Source: a virus | Taxonomy: Duplodnaviria > Caudoviricetes | DNA: 58,070 bases | Virus record (IMG/VR): IMGVR_UViG_3300037508_001223 | Location: 1-58,070 of that record | Strand: one strand, 5' to 3' | Shown here: one piece after another, positions 27,710 to 36,744 of the stretch | Layout: the number at the start of each line of letters is the position of its first letter | Position numbering within the stretch: the first letter of the stretch is position 1 | Notes under the pieces: model-generated | What the model saw: the letters and a program-made list of their open reading frames with translations, nothing else | What the model was told of the DNA's origin: nothing | The model's database searches: none | Program-made: the position numbers and the translations under genes

Positions 27710-29230
27710 ATGCCACACTTGTCCATTCGAGCCGCTGCCGGTACTGGGAAGACCACGACGATCGTGGAAGGAAGTAAAGTAGCTTTGGGTCTTGGATCGT
27801 CCTTGGTCCCGAGCACGCAGCAGGCGGCTGTCTGGGACGCTATGCGAGAGATTATCCGCCCTGGCAGCAGCGTTCGGTTCATGGCCTTCAACGCCTCAAT
27901 CGCCAAAGAACTGGGACATCGTCTTCCTTCGGGAATGCAGTCTTCCACGTTCCATTCGTTTGGCTTTTCGGTACTCCGCCAAGCTAAGCGTAGCGTGAAA
28001 CTGCAAGAGGATCGTGTTGGTATCCTGCTCAATAAGGTATTCCGCATCGACTTCGTGAAACAACCCGAGTTGTTCTACGGTCTCCGGGATCTGGTGTCCT
28101 TGGTAAAGGTCAGCCTAGCCGACTGGCATGACACGGAAACCTTGCTCGACCTAATCGAGTGGCATTCCATCGCCCTTAATGGTAGCACCCAGACAGCTCT
28201 CAAACTTCTGCCCGAAGTGATGGAGCATTGCTACGATTGCCCGGACAATCTCATCGACTTCGATGATATGGTCTGGCTACCGGTGGTTCGGCAGATGACG
28301 ATTCCTCAAACGGACGTTCTCCTGGTGGACGAACGCCAAGACTTGAACCGAGTACAGCAGGAATTGTGCTTCCGTGCGGGCGGAACATTGATCGGTGTGG
28401 GCGATCCACGCCAAGCGATTTACGGATTTGCTGGTGCGGACGCGGGAGCCTTCCAGAACTTGTCCGATCGTCTCGCCGCCACTTCCCAAGGGTTGGTCGA
28501 ACTCCCCCTTATGCAAACTCGTCGTTGTCCCAAGAAGGTAGTCGCCAGCGTGAAGCATATCGTGCCCGACTTCGAGGCCCTTCCCGAAGCCCCGGAAGGG
28601 GTGTACGAATCTGGAATCTCCCACAACACCCTTCTGGGAGACAAGCCGCATCCAACGCTCGGCTCTCCACAAGCTGGGGACATGATCCTGTGCCGAACCA
28701 ACGCTCCACTAATCTCGCTGTGCTACGGACTGCTGGCACGCGACATTCCAGCCGCGATCCAAGGACGTAAGATCGGCACTGGCCTACAAGCCCTAGTGAA
28801 GAAAAGCAAAGCCACAACGATTCCCGAATTCGTCACTTGGATCGACCGGTACGAGCAAACCGAGATGGACCGTCTACTGGCCCGCAAGAACCCCAGCGCT
28901 TCGAGCCAGCAAGCCTTGGAAGACAAGGTTGCCTGTCTCCACGCTATGACCAGCGGACAGCGTTCCATCAGTGAACTAATGGCCCGAATCGACCGTCTGT
29001 TCTCCGACAACGCCAAGTCCAACCAGATCCGCCTGTCGAGCGTCCACAAAGCGAAGGGGCTGGAGGCTGACCGAGTGTGGATTGCCTGTAGCGACAAAGT
29101 ACCCACTTGGGCTAAGCAGTCCTGGGAAAAGGAGCAGGAAGCCAACCTAATCTACGTTGCCCGCACTCGTGCCAAGCAGCAACTGGCCCTCTGCCTCAGT
29201 CCCGCCGAAAAGGGGCTAGAAACCGCCTAG
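27710..29230 (+). CDS. SF1 UvrD/Rep-like helicase
   Basis: AAAGTGKTT, STFHS, LVDERQD, VGDPRQAIYGF, ILCRTN, SVHKAKGLE, YVARTRA. Confidence 0.92.
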   Translation: MPHLSIRAAAGTGKTTTIVEGSKVALGLGSSLVPSTQQAAVWDAMREIIRPGSSVRFMAFNASIAKELGHRLPSGMQSSTFHSFGFSVLRQAKRSVKLQEDRVGILLNKVFRIDFVKQPELFYGLRDLVSLVKVSLADWHDTETLLDLIEWHSIALNGSTQTALKLLPEVMEHCYDCPDNLIDFDDMVWLPVVRQMTIPQTDVLLVDERQDLNRVQQELCFRAGGTLIGVGDPRQAIYGFAGADAGAFQNLSDRLAATSQGLVELPLMQTRRCPKKVVASVKHIVPDFEALPEAPEGVYESGISHNTLLGDKPHPTLGSPQAGDMILCRTNAPLISLCYGLLARDIPAAIQGRKIGTGLQALVKKSKATTIPEFVTWIDRYEQTEMDRLLARKNPSASSQQALEDKVACLHAMTSGQRSISELMARIDRLFSDNAKSNQIRLSSVHKAKGLEADRVWIACSDKVPTWAKQSWEKEQEANLIYVARTRAKQQLALCLSPAEKGLETA

Positions 29231-29339
29231 TCTCTCCCAGAAAAAAATTCACTATCGGGGCTAGACAGTCCCGATAGTCCTTGGTAGATTTCTTCCATCG
29301 TCAGTGTGACTTCCACTTTTACTGTTAGGAGCATTTTCC

Positions 29340-30497
29340 ATGTCAAATTCAGGTATTATCTTTGTTGACATTCCAGGCTCGAAGAGTCCTCGGCTGTCGG
29401 CGGCTATTGTCCACTTCGACGCGGAGCTGGCCCATGAGTGGCTTTCGTCGAAGAACAAGCGAAATCGGCCATTGTCCCGTGCCCAAGCGAAGAAGTACGC
29501 TGTGGCCATGCTAGGCGAAGAGTGGCAACTTAACGGGGAAGCGATCATCCTCGATGAGAACGAAAATCTGGTCAATGGCCAGCATCGACTCGATGCGGTC
29601 ATTCAAGCCGCCGCTGCTTTGGAACTCGATGGAGGCTCTGGAGACGCTATTAGCGTGCCGATGCTGGTGATCCGAGGTGTGAAGCCAACAGCCTTCGACA
29701 CGTTCGACCAGGGCCGTCCTAGGACGCTTGCTGACGTGTTGGCTGTCAACGAGGAAGATCTGGCTGTGGATCTTGCCGGTGCCTTGCGACTCCTGTGGCT
29801 GCGTCTCCAGGGTGGGAAGATCGCGGGCGGAAAAGCGTTTCGTCACCTGCCCGCCGTCAAGCTTCTTGATGAGCATCCTGGCTTGTCGGAATCGGTGGGA
29901 TTCTTCCGTGGCAACGGCAAGGACCGGCAGGGGCTGGAGAAGGAAACCCGTGAGAATCCCGACTGTGACGCTCGTCTGAGTCGTATTGTGGGGTCTTTGG
30001 CCCATGCCGCCTGTCTCCACTATCTGATGTCGAACGCCAGTCCCGAGGATACGGAATTGCCTACCAAGGTGACTTCGTTCTGGTACGGTCTGGCCTTCGG
30101 CGTGGACGACGATGGAAAGACTCCCCTGCCTGCGGACGATCCCCGTAAGCGGTGCCGTACGGTGCTGCTCAAGAGCGCCAACAGCGAATCGAAGCTGACT
30201 CGGGACGCCAAGATCGGTGTCATTGTGAAAGCATGGAACGCCTTCTACGCCGAGGAAACGCTGAGCCGTTTGTCGGTAGCCAAGGGCGAGTATCCGCGAA
30301 TTGGAGGCATCGACACGAGCGTGGAAGAGGATGCTGCGACCGAGGTCGAGCCGGTTGCACCACCCGCCCCGAAGAAGAAAGCGACCAAACCCCGCAAGTC
30401 CAAAAAAGCCGCCCCTGCCAAAGAAGAGGAAGTGGGAGACGCTTTCGAGAATGAAGACATGGAAGAAAACATGGAAGAAGAACTTGACGTAGTCTAA
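29340..30497 (+). CDS. ParB-like (NGQHRL) protein with basic then acidic tail
   Basis: RNRPLS...YA..M...W.LNGE.I....LVNGQHRL.AV; D.GRPRT. Confidence 0.75.
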   Translation: MSNSGIIFVDIPGSKSPRLSAAIVHFDAELAHEWLSSKNKRNRPLSRAQAKKYAVAMLGEEWQLNGEAIILDENENLVNGQHRLDAVIQAAAALELDGGSGDAISVPMLVIRGVKPTAFDTFDQGRPRTLADVLAVNEEDLAVDLAGALRLLWLRLQGGKIAGGKAFRHLPAVKLLDEHPGLSESVGFFRGNGKDRQGLEKETRENPDCDARLSRIVGSLAHAACLHYLMSNASPEDTELPTKVTSFWYGLAFGVDDDGKTPLPADDPRKRCRTVLLKSANSESKLTRDAKIGVIVKAWNAFYAEETLSRLSVAKGEYPRIGGIDTSVEEDAATEVEPVAPPAPKKKATKPRKSKKAAPAKEEEVGDAFENEDMEENMEEELDVV

Positions 30498-30565
30498 AAC
30501 TATGTCATACTATAGTACAAGCCTACCACACTTCGTGGTAGGCACATCAACCAGGAACCCCTCCC

Positions 30566-31063
30566 GTGAAAGAAGATCTTATGTGGCTGCTTGAAAACTC
30601 GGAAATCATCTTGGGCGTCTTTGGCTTTACGATCGTAGCCCAGTTCATCCTGCACATCCTGCTCAAGAATCTTGTGGCATGGTTTCGAAAGGCGGCGGAA
30701 CCCGATCCCGTTCCCGACCAGGAGGAAGATCCTTGGGGAGACGCCAAGGAACCGGAAGAACCCTCAGACGACCAGGACTTCCCGCCTCTGACCGAGGAGG
30801 ACTTCCCGCCCGAGGATGTCATCGCTCTCCAGGACAAGCCTACTTCAGAAGAAGGTCCACGATTCGTCCCAGTCCTTAACATGGTATGGGACAAACAGAC
30901 AAACATGTACGCGGGCTTTCCTTCTGATGAGTACGTAAAAAAAGCCTGTGACGCACTGAACCAAGATAGAAATTATGCAGAAGACTTTTATTGGAGACCG
31001 GCTACTGACAACTACGTGGTTACTCAACTGAAAGACCAAGTACGCTTGGAAGTTACCAAGTAA
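30566..31063 (+). CDS. Membrane-anchored acidic protein
   Basis: N-terminal TM helix followed by a D/E/P-rich region. Confidence 0.65.
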   Translation: MKEDLMWLLENSEIILGVFGFTIVAQFILHILLKNLVAWFRKAAEPDPVPDQEEDPWGDAKEPEEPSDDQDFPPLTEEDFPPEDVIALQDKPTSEEGPRFVPVLNMVWDKQTNMYAGFPSDEYVKKACDALNQDRNYAEDFYWRPATDNYVVTQLKDQVRLEVTK

Positions 31064-31076
31064 CCGTATCTACACT

Positions 31077-31164
31077 GCGGTGGGAGGTGGGCAGGGCTTA
31101 ACCTCCCCGTAAGACCGATCGGGCAAGTTGTCATCGTTCTTGCCTGAGCCTCCCGCCGCTTTTC
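31077..31164 (+). ncRNA. Branched hairpin / terminator-like structured element
   Basis: GCGGTGGGAGG/CCTCCCGCCGC enclosing TCGGGCAAG/CTTGCCTGA, followed by a T run. Confidence 0.5.
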
Positions 31165-31179
31165 CTTTGGAGCCACATC

Positions 31180-31479
31180 ATGCCTATTGACGTTATGCGT
31201 AACTACGACCGCCTGTTCGTTCACGGGCGGTTGAAACCCGAATCCACAGAGTTACTGCAACTCATCGAGTCTATGCCGTACGACCGGTGCTGGTCGGCTA
31301 GGGAGTTCGTCCAATACGTCCAAGACTCTCGCACTGGCGAGAATCCGGCCCTATGGAACTTTGTCTGCGTGTTGGAGCACGCCTGGATGACGGGCATGAT
31401 CTGGTCGGTATCCTCGGACGATTGTCCAGCGATGAACCGGCTGTGGTCGAGAAACCCGGATCTAAAAATTGAAGACTAG
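31180..31479 (+). CDS. Hypothetical protein
   Basis: GGAG RBS. Confidence 0.6.
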   Translation: MPIDVMRNYDRLFVHGRLKPESTELLQLIESMPYDRCWSAREFVQYVQDSRTGENPALWNFVCVLEHAWMTGMIWSVSSDDCPAMNRLWSRNPDLKIED

Positions 31480-31567
31480 AAAATTCTAGTAGTAGCTGTT
31501 GACAACCGATACTACTCCCTGTAAGATACCTCCATCGCAACCAACTACCGCTTACCAGGAGCCAGCC

Positions 31568-31759
31568 ATGTCGAACGGCAAAATTGTCAAAGTCGAAGTC
31601 AAGACCCCTGACTTGATGGTGCGTGAGATCCAGAGTTTCATCGACAATACCCGCAAGCTGTATCGGGGCAAAGCGGAGAGTGCTTACATGGCTGGCTATG
31701 AGTACGCCGCGAACAGCATCAGCGACTTGATGGAAGAGATCATTGCCCGCCACACGTAA
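31568..31759 (+). CDS. Hypothetical protein
   Basis: Promoter at 31499, AGGAG RBS, ATG at 31568. Confidence 0.65.
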   Translation: MSNGKIVKVEVKTPDLMVREIQSFIDNTRKLYRGKAESAYMAGYEYAANSISDLMEEIIARHT

Positions 31760-31937
31760 TTTTTTTCTGGGAGAGAACCGTGAGCCAAAAGCCGTACTAC
31801 TACAAGATCATCCTCAAGGATGGTACTTATGAGACAGTAGAACACGCTTGGGAAATTGACCTATACATTGGCCCTTGTCCTGATTTAATTGACCGCATCG
31901 AAGTCGTAACCCGTTGATCCTTATATGGAGCCTTGCC

Positions 31938-32288
31938 ATGTCAGAAACTCAATTTGTGCCTTACCCCACTTCAAAGATTGTACAGTTTAACGTCGCTCCT
32001 TTTTGTACTGCCCATGTTTTGTGTGAAGACGGCAGTATATGGGAATTCCACAATGGTAAGGGTTATTGGCTATTGTCCGCACCTTCAAGCCAGCCTACCG
32101 AATACGACTTGGATCAAGCTTTGGCAGACTTTATTAACGTAGATGTCTTAAAAAAGAACATTGCGGAACTGGTGGTTGCTCTTTACGGATTATACGAAAG
32201 TCATAAATCAATAGCTAAGCCAAGTGAAATACAAGAGCGTTTGATCTACGCTATCAAGATTCTGAAGAAACACGGGAGAATTAAATAG
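31938..32288 (+). CDS. Hypothetical protein
   Basis: GGAG RBS, ATG at 31938. Confidence 0.6.
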   Translation: MSETQFVPYPTSKIVQFNVAPFCTAHVLCEDGSIWEFHNGKGYWLLSAPSSQPTEYDLDQALADFINVDVLKKNIAELVVALYGLYESHKSIAKPSEIQERLIYAIKILKKHGRIK

Positions 32289-32290
32289 CC

Positions 32291-32644
32291 ATGCCCAAAT
32301 ACACCAAATTCCAAGAAGCATTGGGTTTGATCGCGAGTCTTGCTGGCCGATTAGACCCTGTAACAGAGTCGGATTACGAAGAATTGAAAGCAGCCGAAAA
32401 ATTCCTTTCCAAACACGACCCCACTATGAACATCGACAAAGCCGTCAGACTTCTCGACAAAGCTAGGAACGACCAGGATTCCACCTTTTTTCTTCGTATC
32501 ACCATCGTGGATCATGTAGGCACCTGGGCCGCCGGTCAGAAGTCTTCCCCACAGATTTCCAAGCTACTGTCCGATTGCCACCATCTCCACCAGCGGTTTT
32601 CTTCTCTCCCAGAAAAAATCCACTTCGTAGTTGACAAGCAGTAG
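32291..32644 (+). CDS. Hypothetical protein
   Basis: Packed ORF. Confidence 0.55.
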   Translation: MPKYTKFQEALGLIASLAGRLDPVTESDYEELKAAEKFLSKHDPTMNIDKAVRLLDKARNDQDSTFFLRITIVDHVGTWAAGQKSSPQISKLLSDCHHLHQRFSSLPEKIHFVVDKQ

Positions 32645-32701
32645 AGCCCAGTATACACTTCTCTAGTCGTCAGTCGCAGTACCAATCACAAGGAGCCTAG
32701 A

Positions 32702-33145
32702 ATGTCCACTATCCAAGCTGTTTCCCATTCCGAGTTGGTTGCCGCCGCTTTGATTGCCGCCGCTAAGAGCGCTGAGCAGCGGTTCATCCGGTCGGATCTT
32801 CCTGCTGGATCAAAGCATCGTGTCAAGGTTCTCATCAACGCGGACGTGGATGGCCACCCGTTCTCCGACTTGTGGGAGACGCAGCTTGAAGTGGGCCACG
32901 ACAGTGTGCGTGCCCATTCGGTCGGTGTCACTCCTGGCGAGTTGCTCGCTTACCTCTTGTCCAAGGTCAACGAGACGACCCGCCAAGCCACCCTGCGTGA
33001 CTTGTCCGAGGTCTTCGCCAAGCATGGCAAGCTTCCGGTCGATGACCTCGAAGTGGAAGCGGCAGATGCGGCCCTACAGCGTCTCCGCCAGAAAAAAGAC
33101 CAGAAGGTCAAGGGCACTGTCCGGGTGACTCCAATCACCGGTTAG
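32702..33145 (+). CDS. Hypothetical protein
   Basis: Promoter at 32631, AAGGAG RBS. Confidence 0.7.
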   Translation: MSTIQAVSHSELVAAALIAAAKSAEQRFIRSDLPAGSKHRVKVLINADVDGHPFSDLWETQLEVGHDSVRAHSVGVTPGELLAYLLSKVNETTRQATLRDLSEVFAKHGKLPVDDLEVEAADAALQRLRQKKDQKVKGTVRVTPITG

Positions 33146-33205
33146 GCCATACCCATCTACCATCTTTCCCCGGTTTTCTAACGAAAGCCGGGCACTGGAG
33201 GGAAC

Positions 33206-33403
33206 ATGATCGTGCGTGAAGTGATTAAACGACCGGACTTGATCGACAAGCTCGACTATTTCAACGACGGCAAGGATACGCTGGAATGGCTCAAGGATCT
33301 TGGGCAATTCGACCTAGCCGATCGGCTTCAACAGCAATTCGATCTATGGGCACGTAGAAAATTTTCCCATACTTCTAACGAAAGCCGGGTTGACAGTCGA
33401 TAG
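33206..33403 (+). CDS. Small hypothetical protein flanked by 17-bp direct repeats
   Basis: GGAGG RBS; TTCTAACGAAAGCCGGG at 33176 and 33373. Confidence 0.55.
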   Translation: MIVREVIKRPDLIDKLDYFNDGKDTLEWLKDLGQFDLADRLQQQFDLWARRKFSHTSNESRVDSR

Positions 33404-33450
33404 AACTCTGGTATGATACTTACAGACAGCCTGGAAAGACAGGCACTTAC

Positions 33451-33555
33451 GGTGCGGCGGCGTGGTTGGGGTTAGCGACCCGGAAAACTGATCGAGCGCA
33501 CTCGATTGGATGCCACGTGTTTGGACGGTTGGAGGTTCGAATCCTCCCCGCATCT
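33451..33555 (+). ncRNA. tRNA-like RNA C (insert in the D-arm, no anticodon arm)
   Basis: Acceptor GGTGCGG/CCGCATC, T-arm GGAGG-TTCGAAT-CCTCC, GCGTGG/CCACGT enclosing two hairpins; own promoter at 33390. Confidence 0.75.
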
Positions 33556-33598
33556 CTGCTACCTTCATCAGACACTTTACTACTACAAGGGGTTAGCC

Positions 33599-33922
33599 AT
33601 GAAACGTCAGTTTGAAATCGAGTCGGTACTGCTGTCGCATGGTCCGATGTTTTACGGGAGCCGGGAAGAGGCTTATTACGTCGCAAAATCTTGGGCTGAA
33701 CTAGGGTTTAATGCCGAGAGTGTGGATGCTTGGTGCAAGGTGGGATGCTGGAACCCTCGGATCGCCAAGAAGTTTCGCACGTCATACATGGGTGCGGATC
33801 AAGCCAAGCGAGCCTGTGACGATTACGGTGTGGATTACGGCGGAGACGTGATGTACGTGCTCTGCGCCGGTGCGGAGAGTTTTACGATCAACGACGTGAT
33901 TGAAGCCTACAAAAACAGCTAA
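33599..33922 (+). CDS. Hypothetical protein
   Basis: AAGGGG RBS, ATG at 33599. Confidence 0.6.
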   Translation: MKRQFEIESVLLSHGPMFYGSREEAYYVAKSWAELGFNAESVDAWCKVGCWNPRIAKKFRTSYMGADQAKRACDDYGVDYGGDVMYVLCAGAESFTINDVIEAYKNS

Positions 33923-34003
33923 GCCAGTATTGACTCTAAACTAGAACCAGGTATACTACCGATATCTGGTTCAGCCGTACTTTTTCCTTCTAGGAGCCTT
34001 ACG

Positions 34004-34225
34004 ATGAATTTACCAGCAATGCCGGGCCGCTCGATGACCTGGCGCGAGTGGCTCGACGAATACGATCCATTTGAACTTAACGTGGGCCGTGCTTATGAAA
34101 AAAACAAGACGCAGATTTTGGTTTATTTGAGTCGCAGGTGCAATCAAGTCGGAATCTCAATCGGCGACGAATGGCGAGCGGACGACGGATGGTGGTCGAT
34201 GCGTGGAAAGGCGGTGCAACGATGA
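34004..34225 (+). CDS. MTWxEW/YDP family paralog 1
   Basis: Similar to the 34222 and 41485 proteins. Confidence 0.7.
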   Translation: MNLPAMPGRSMTWREWLDEYDPFELNVGRAYEKNKTQILVYLSRRCNQVGISIGDEWRADDGWWSMRGKAVQR

Positions 34226-34476
34226 ATTCCCCCGATATGCCTTCCCTTCCAGGAACCCGAATGACTTGGCAAGAGTACCTCGAAACGTATGATCCAGAAG
34301 TCTACTGGTTCTACACTCCATTGGGCACCTATTGCGAGCAAAAGAACGAGGACATGTTCTGGAGCCTTCGTCACACCGACAACTGTGATGGGGTGATGGA
34401 CGACGATACGCTCGACTGGTCTTCCTTGGATGGCCGCTGGGGCATCAAGGGGTATCTCAAGGAAGAATTCACGTGA
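34222..34476 (+). CDS. MTWxEW/YDP family paralog 2
   Basis: ATGA overlap; shared motifs. Confidence 0.7.
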   Translation: MNSPDMPSLPGTRMTWQEYLETYDPEVYWFYTPLGTYCEQKNEDMFWSLRHTDNCDGVMDDDTLDWSSLDGRWGIKGYLKEEFT

Positions 34477-34658
34477 CTCTCAACGAGCTAATCGAGTCTC
34501 TGGAGAGTCTACGCCGGTCCAATCCAGCCCTCGGGGAGGCCCCTGTGCTAGTCCCCGAAGGCTATCGTCACCAAACCTTGGTCTTGCCTGACATCGCCAC
34601 GGAGGCGGTCAGGATTCGCGTCTACGGCGACCAGGACGCAGTTCTCATCCACTCCTAG
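34473..34658 (+). CDS. Small hypothetical protein
   Basis: GTGA overlap; MTLNELIE start typical of phage small ORFs. Confidence 0.6.
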   Translation: MTLNELIESLESLRRSNPALGEAPVLVPEGYRHQTLVLPDIATEAVRIRVYGDQDAVLIHS

Positions 34659-34661
34659 CCT

Positions 34662-35024
34662 ATGTTGGGTAGTCCCATGAAATCCAAATTAGATTTACGT
34701 CCCTTTAATCCAATTTGGGAACTGGCGGTTATTTTAGTTGTAATGACCTTAATGTTTATATGCGTCTACTACGGAAAAAAGCCTATGTCCAAACCCACAA
34801 GTTATCCCACGTTTTGGGTAGCCGAATTGAGTCCCGATCAAGGACAGCATCCTGGGACTGCTGTAGTCCCTAAGATCACCCACGTGGTTAAGGTCACTCA
34901 TCGGGAAGGCAAGAGCCACTTCCTGGCTGCTTGTGAGAACATTGTGGATGCTTACAAGATCCGTGATGCTCTTTCCGCTACGTACTCCACAGAAGAATCC
35001 GACAAGCCACTAGACAGCCAGTAA
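34662..35024 (+). CDS. Putative membrane protein
   Basis: One hydrophobic helix. Confidence 0.5.
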   Translation: MLGSPMKSKLDLRPFNPIWELAVILVVMTLMFICVYYGKKPMSKPTSYPTFWVAELSPDQGQHPGTAVVPKITHVVKVTHREGKSHFLAACENIVDAYKIRDALSATYSTEESDKPLDSQ

Positions 35025-35142
35025 CACTTCTGATACACTTCAACTACAGGTGAACGATGACATTCACCCAAATATTAGTGATCGTAAGCGTAATCCTGTC
35101 GATCTACGCTGTGGCAATTAACTCAAAGCAATAGAGGGTCAA

Positions 35143-35451
35143 ATGAGCACAATTGAAAAATGGAAAACCGCTAAGCTAGAACATGAACAACTCGTAAAAA
35201 ACATAAGGAATTGGCTGAGAGACCCATACGATACCGGTCCTTATTTCGCATCAACCGGAAGTTCGCAATATGCTCTCTGGTGCGCGATGACGGTCCTCAA
35301 AGCCAGTCGACAGCATTTGTTTGAGTGCATGCTTGAAGTATCGCGTGAGCGTGTTGTGAATGCCGCACGCGAAGCGTTGGCCGATGCGGAGCAGCTTAAA
35401 GCTGACGCTACCATGGATATCGAGTCGATAGAGAATTCTGACCAAAACTGA
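35143..35451 (+). CDS. Hypothetical protein
   Basis: GAGGG RBS. Confidence 0.6.
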   Translation: MSTIEKWKTAKLEHEQLVKNIRNWLRDPYDTGPYFASTGSSQYALWCAMTVLKASRQHLFECMLEVSRERVVNAAREALADAEQLKADATMDIESIENSDQN

Positions 35452-35496
35452 TACACTTCCACCTAGTCCACTATCCAATCCATTCCAGGAGCTACC

Positions 35497-36597
35497 ATGA
35501 CCACCATCAACACAGATCTGGCTCGTAAGTTTTCGAAGCTACTCAAGGATTTTCAACAGCGAAATGGTCTTTCGTTCTCCGACTTGGCTTTTGGCCTTCT
35601 AGTGAAAGAAGAGGATCTTCGCAAGTGGATGGGAACCGATAAGGAGGTTCCTGTCGAGCCACCGGTTAGGGAGTACGACAGGCTTTTATCGCTCTTGACA
35701 TCTTTCAATCTTATGTTCTCTTCCAGAAAAAAACCCGAACCCAAGGTATGGCTGGACTTCGTAGAGATTCCTGGCTATGCGAAGGAAGGCTCGGAGCTAG
35801 TCATTGAGCCTTTCCTCATGTCCACTACGCCGATCACCAACGAAGTCTACGGGGTGTTCCTGGAAGCTACCAATCACCGTAAGCCTACATACTGGCACAA
35901 AGCTGAGTACAATCGCCCCAAGCAGCCTGTGGTAGGCGTTAGCTGGGACGACGCTATGGCCTTCTGTGATTGGGCGGGTGTTTCGCTACCCTCTGAGGCT
36001 CAGTGGGAGTACGCCTGTCGAGCCGGTTCCACTACCAAGTACCACTTTGGGGACGATCAAAAGCAGCTTGGCGAGTATGCTTGGTACTATGATAACTCGA
36101 AGGGCAAGCTACAGGATGTTGCCCAGAAAAAGCCGAATGCCTGGGGTCTCTACGACATGCACGGCAATGTCTGGGAATGGACTGCGAATCATTGCGATAT
36201 TCAAGGCCGGGTACTAAGTAAGGTAAGTGGCGGAGGCTGGGACTTCTCCGCCGGGTTCTGCCGGTCGTCGTACCGCCTCTGGTACGATACGTCAAAACAG
36301 CTCGATGACCTAGGCTTCCGAGTCCTCAAGGGTGGTAGTTGGACAGATTTCTACAATGGTGTCAATTCCCAAGAGCGTGCCCCTATTTGGTCCGACCACC
36401 AGAGCGGAATTGTAGGATTCCGAGTCCTCAAGGGTGGTAGTTGGTGCGGCGACGGGGACAACTGCCGGTCGGCGGCCCGCGACAGTCTCGATCCGTCGAG
36501 ACGGAACAATGGTCTAAGTTTCCGTGTCGCCCAGCAGATCGACCAACGAATCTCCTACGTTGCCTGCCAGTCGGTAGACCCACAGAATCCCCAATAG
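35497..36597 (+). CDS. HTH + formylglycine-generating-enzyme (FGE/C-lectin fold) protein with triplicated C-terminal module
   Basis: [44 protein letters not shown], three GGxW...FRV modules. Confidence 0.9.
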   Translation: MTTINTDLARKFSKLLKDFQQRNGLSFSDLAFGLLVKEEDLRKWMGTDKEVPVEPPVREYDRLLSLLTSFNLMFSSRKKPEPKVWLDFVEIPGYAKEGSELVIEPFLMSTTPITNEVYGVFLEATNHRKPTYWHKAEYNRPKQPVVGVSWDDAMAFCDWAGVSLPSEAQWEYACRAGSTTKYHFGDDQKQLGEYAWYYDNSKGKLQDVAQKKPNAWGLYDMHGNVWEWTANHCDIQGRVLSKVSGGGWDFSAGFCRSSYRLWYDTSKQLDDLGFRVLKGGSWTDFYNGVNSQERAPIWSDHQSGIVGFRVLKGGSWCGDGDNCRSAARDSLDPSRRNNGLSFRVAQQIDQRISYVACQSVDPQNPQ

Positions 36598-36624
36598 GCT
36601 CACCAGGGCCTTATTAGACGCATC

Positions 36625-36666
36625 CAAGGCGTGCCTTTGGCTCTTCAGTCAGGGGACACGCCTTGG
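36625..36666. terminator. Long GC-rich hairpin after the FGE gene
   Basis: CCAAGGCGTG/CACGCCTTGG arms. Confidence 0.55.
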
Positions 36667-36744
36667 AGCGTTTACGGGCCAATCTGGAGCGTTCCTTGAC
36701 TTATCCTTCCCTTGCCCACTATGCTCGTGTCAAAGGAGACTTGT

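Noticed and set aside
35497-36666. Complete diversity-generating retroelement
   Set aside because: No reverse transcriptase, Avd or AAC-rich template repeat visible in the window
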